A stretch of DNA of 64,000 nucleotides from Callorhinchus milii (taxonomy: Eukaryota): assembly GCF_018977255.1 (NCBI RefSeq), contig NW_024704798.1, positions 1-64,000 of the forward strand, in the 5' to 3' direction. The position numbers and the translations under genes were made by a program. Shown piece by piece: positions 60,901 through 64,000 of this stretch (the first letter of the stretch is position 1; each line of letters starts with the position of its first letter). Under the pieces are notes generated by a model. It was given only the letters and a program-made list of their open reading frames with translations, did no database searches and was not told the DNA's origin.

Positions 60901-62212
60901 TCTGGCGTTTGAGATGGATGCAGTCTGTAAACAAAGCCACTGCTGGTGGAGTAACGGGGTTAAACACATATAGAAGGGAAGCCAACTGAGGAAAAGCGGG
61001 GAAAAGTTGTGGTGTTTAAGCAGGTCAGAGAGGTAAGGAGATCAGTGAGGTGACAGGACTTCAATTGATTTGTGGGTAAGGGTGAGGATTACGAAATCGA
61101 TAAATCAATAATCAATGAGGGTTTTATATGTTGGGTATGAGACACGGTCTGATGTGGGTAATTCAGACCGTGAAATCGAGTCATTCTGGTCAAGGATGTC
61201 GGGAGGAAAGATAGTTCGGTATCTATCATGTCGTGTAGGTTTTGCCAAATTGGGAAGCTATTGACATTTTATGGGGAGATCGTTACCAGGAGACACGAGC
61301 ATAGGTGAGCGATGATGGGATAATAAAATGAAATGAGAAGAAATTGCTCTACCCCGGGGGGCAGAGAGCGTGTGGAAGTAGTTGTCTGAATCCATGATTT
61401 TATTTGGTGCATTGAAGAGGAAAATTGACATTCAATTGAGTGAGAGGGGAAAAGAATGCTATGGGAGGGAATATCGACGTTCCTGGACTACAACAGAAAC
61501 ACCAAGAACAAGTTGCACTTATCAAGCACTCTGCTGACAGGATAGCGTCTCAGAGCGCTTGAGAGTAGCGGAGCCTAACTGCAAGCAGGGTGGAAGGGGG
61601 ACGCAGCCGTAAGCACGTTGGAATACCAAAGTTTTCAGCCGGCACATTAAAGAGGGGAGAGAGTCCGCCAGGCGGAGGTTAATTGAGGGAGGTTCCCAGA
61701 GGCTTGGGGGCGTTGTTGCTGAAAGCGCGACCTCCAATGGTGGGCCGGAGGTTGCGAGGGACAAGCAGGGGGCGCTGTGTGGTGCAATGTGGAGTGAGGA
61801 GGTCGGATAGGTAAGGAGGTGCCTGGGAGGTGTCATCATAAATAACAACATGGTCAGATTTATCTTAGTGTGCCCTTTCCGTGCTGTGCAATATTTGTGA
61901 ATATTTGTATACCTTTTAACACAGCCCTTCCCACTACTGATGCTACTTTCATAGACTTACGTACATCTACTCCCTGGTACATTTGCTCCTATGTGCATTA
62001 AAATGTACTGTCACGCGTCACATACATATAGATTTCAGACTTGGACATGAATAACCTGATATGTCACTTTACAAAATGTCTTCTGTCACCCATTGAAGTA
62101 ACCTGTTGACCACTGTTGATAATTGCAACTAAACATACTTACCAGGAATTCCAAACGTTGCAAGAATGGGGTAGTAAATAGCAATTACTGTGTACAACGT
62201 TGGATATTCCAT
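57955..62212 (-). CDS. Intact two-exon class A GPCR, GPR139/GPR142-like (exon 1 62143-62212, exon 2 57955-58865; 326 aa)
   Basis: Exon 1 MEYPTLYTVIAIYYPILATFGIP with donor G|gtaagt; acceptor ttctcgcag; exon 2 VNLLAIAVLLRGKCGLSKC...FTFDRFVAIC...CCTNTCIYALTQTKFREEL; same intron position and phase as the 44396 gene. Confidence 0.9.
60230..60900 (-). mobile_element. Decayed CR1-like LINE fragment(s) in the GPCR intron
   Basis: CR1-like antisense text (CCAGGCCATTCCACATCCCAACAACACTCTGAGTAAAAAAG...). Confidence 0.55.
61520..61850 (-). mobile_element. L2-like LINE 3' end
   Basis: Minus strand resembles 5140-5480 (…LWEPPSINLRLADSLPSLMCRLKTLVF) and ends in an AAGCGCTCTGAGACG tail. Confidence 0.55.
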
Positions 62213-62659
62213 GCTCTGTTTTACATATTGTTGCTGAAGGCAGAGACTTCGATGAACACACTGCCGTCAAACTGAAATAAATTTGTACTTATAGGGAACA
62301 TGAAAGTACATCTTGCATCATGAATGCAATTAGTTCCAGACATATGAACAAACAAGTTAATGTATCCACTTGAGATTTGCAAATGTCACACTTGGATTAG
62401 ATTTGTTATTGTGAATTGAAAAGAAGTTACTCACAAAATACAGAAAAATTCATCGAAGAATGAAATAAAAACAGAAAGAAAGGAGCAACATAATGGAAAA
62501 TATTTTACAGGAAGCTCAAGAAGAACAAATGGAGCAACAAAATAAACAAATTACATACTTTTATCGTGCCCTTCACGTCGGAAAGACGTCCCGGGGCGCT
62601 GGAAAGTCAAGGTTTTTTGCATCTATCATTTGCTTCTATCAAACTACACACGTGGAGTC

Positions 62660-62976
62660 CTGTTGCTCAGCGTTAAAGCACTCGCTTTGCAAGTGAGAGA
62701 CCTGAGTTCAATTCCAGGCAGAGGGCGAAACCTTGGGCAAGTTTCCTTACTCCACACAGAGCCTAATAATAATCCCTCCAAAAACCACAAACAATAATTA
62801 ATCGGTCATTTAAAATCTACGACTGTTTGTGGGACATTGCTGTGCGCAATTGGCTGCCGCGCTCGCCCACAAATATACAGTCAATTCGCTTTACAGTGTG
62901 TTCTGTGAAGCACTTTGGGACGTCCACCCGACGCGAAAAGCGCTATATCAAATGCAAGGATTATTATTATTATTAT
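62660..62976 (+). mobile_element. Near full-length SINE, same family as 7128
   Basis: Near-identical head, linker, core and (TTA)n tail. Confidence 0.9.
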
Positions 62977-63279
62977 TCACGCGGGGTAGTGCATGGAATT
63001 GTATAAAGTAAAAATAATTAACACTCACACATTTGAACATGGAATATTGAGACCGGAGGATGCGGTATTTGCCAAGTGAGGGGGAAAGACAAAGATAAAC
63101 AAGAGCGTGGTGATTGAGGAATGTCTTGATACGGCCCAGGAAAGAGATGTGCGATGGAGCTGGTCCTGGTTTCAAAAACAACAACAACAATTTGCATTAA
63201 CAAGTCGCCTCTCACGTTGGGCTTGAGGGTACTCTGGGATTGAGTTACAGAGAGTGGGCAGGCAGATTGCCCGATAATA

Positions 63280-63500
63280 ATCATAATAATCCTTGCATTT
63301 GATATAGCGCTTTTCACGTGGAGAGTACGTCCCAAGGCGTTTCACAGAACACATTGTAAAGTGAATTGTTTGTGTATTTGTGGGCGAACACCGGCAGCCA
63401 ATTGCGCACTGCAATGTCCCACAAACGGTCGTAGATTGAAAATGACCAATTTTGCCCTTCTTTTGTTTTTTTGGAGGGATTATTATTAGGCGTGTGGCGT
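63280..63500 (-). mobile_element. SINE 3' half
   Basis: Reverse complement of the SINE core and tail (GCATTTGATATAGCGCTTTTCACG...GCAGCCAATTGCGCAC). Confidence 0.8.
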
Positions 63501-64000
63501 AAGGAAACTTATGGATAGTTCATTTAACATCTCGGTACGTTGGCAGTGAGACTGTGAACAGCAATTGAGGAGATGTCTTTTAGCAATTTGTGCAGCAATT
63601 GTTTCTGTCTGAAACAATACTGTAGCATGACCCTCTACTACCAAATATCCCACCTGATATCAACAACGAGCACGAATAAGTTTAATAGAAGTCCACCGAG
63701 GACAGAGCCCTCAAGAGCGTTGCACCAGACTGTGTGAGGGCACCAGAAGAAGCAACTTGTGCAGACAAACTGGAGATGGTGTGAGAGGTAGGATCTCGAA
63801 TACGTGAGGACAGAAATATTAATGCTTAGGTGATAGGAGAGGAGGTGAAACTTCAGAAGCTATTAATTTTCAGCAGTCGAACACCGAGATAATCAAATTT
63901 ATGGAGTGTAGGCCCTGTATTAAGAACATTATTATATAGAAAGGGAATGTTGCCATTCGGTCTGTATTGTCTTCTTCTTCTCACTAAAGGATGTTCAACT

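Overview
Eukaryotic genomic DNA from a cartilaginous fish, most likely a chimaera (holocephalan). This is inferred from the cluster-type IgH gene, shark-type CR1/L2 LINEs and Deu-like SINEs, and the GPR139-like receptor expansion. The main feature is one complete, unrearranged IgM-derived heavy-chain cluster on the minus strand (31110 to 18608): leader, V, D1, D2, J, two tandem CH2-like exons, CH3, CH4 plus secretory tail, TM1, TM2. The RSS pattern is 23 / 12-22 / 12-12 / 23. It has the marks of a light-chain-independent (heavy-chain-only) antibody: no CH1 exon found, a camelid-VHH-like FR2 (WYRQLPGKQREKLL), a non-canonical CDR1 Cys, and a germline Cys in J that could form a CDR1-CDR3 disulfide. 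A ~4.3-kb tandem duplication of its 3' end gives an orphan secretory tail and a second, still-open TM1 exon that carries a Lys and has lost its TM2 acceptor. The right half holds three two-exon GPR139/142-like GPCR loci (two intact, one truncated duplicate fused to a minisatellite), a decayed histone H1-like gene, an N gap, and many LINE/SINE fragments and satellites. All calls are from manual reading; no database searches were run, and repeat boundaries are approximate.
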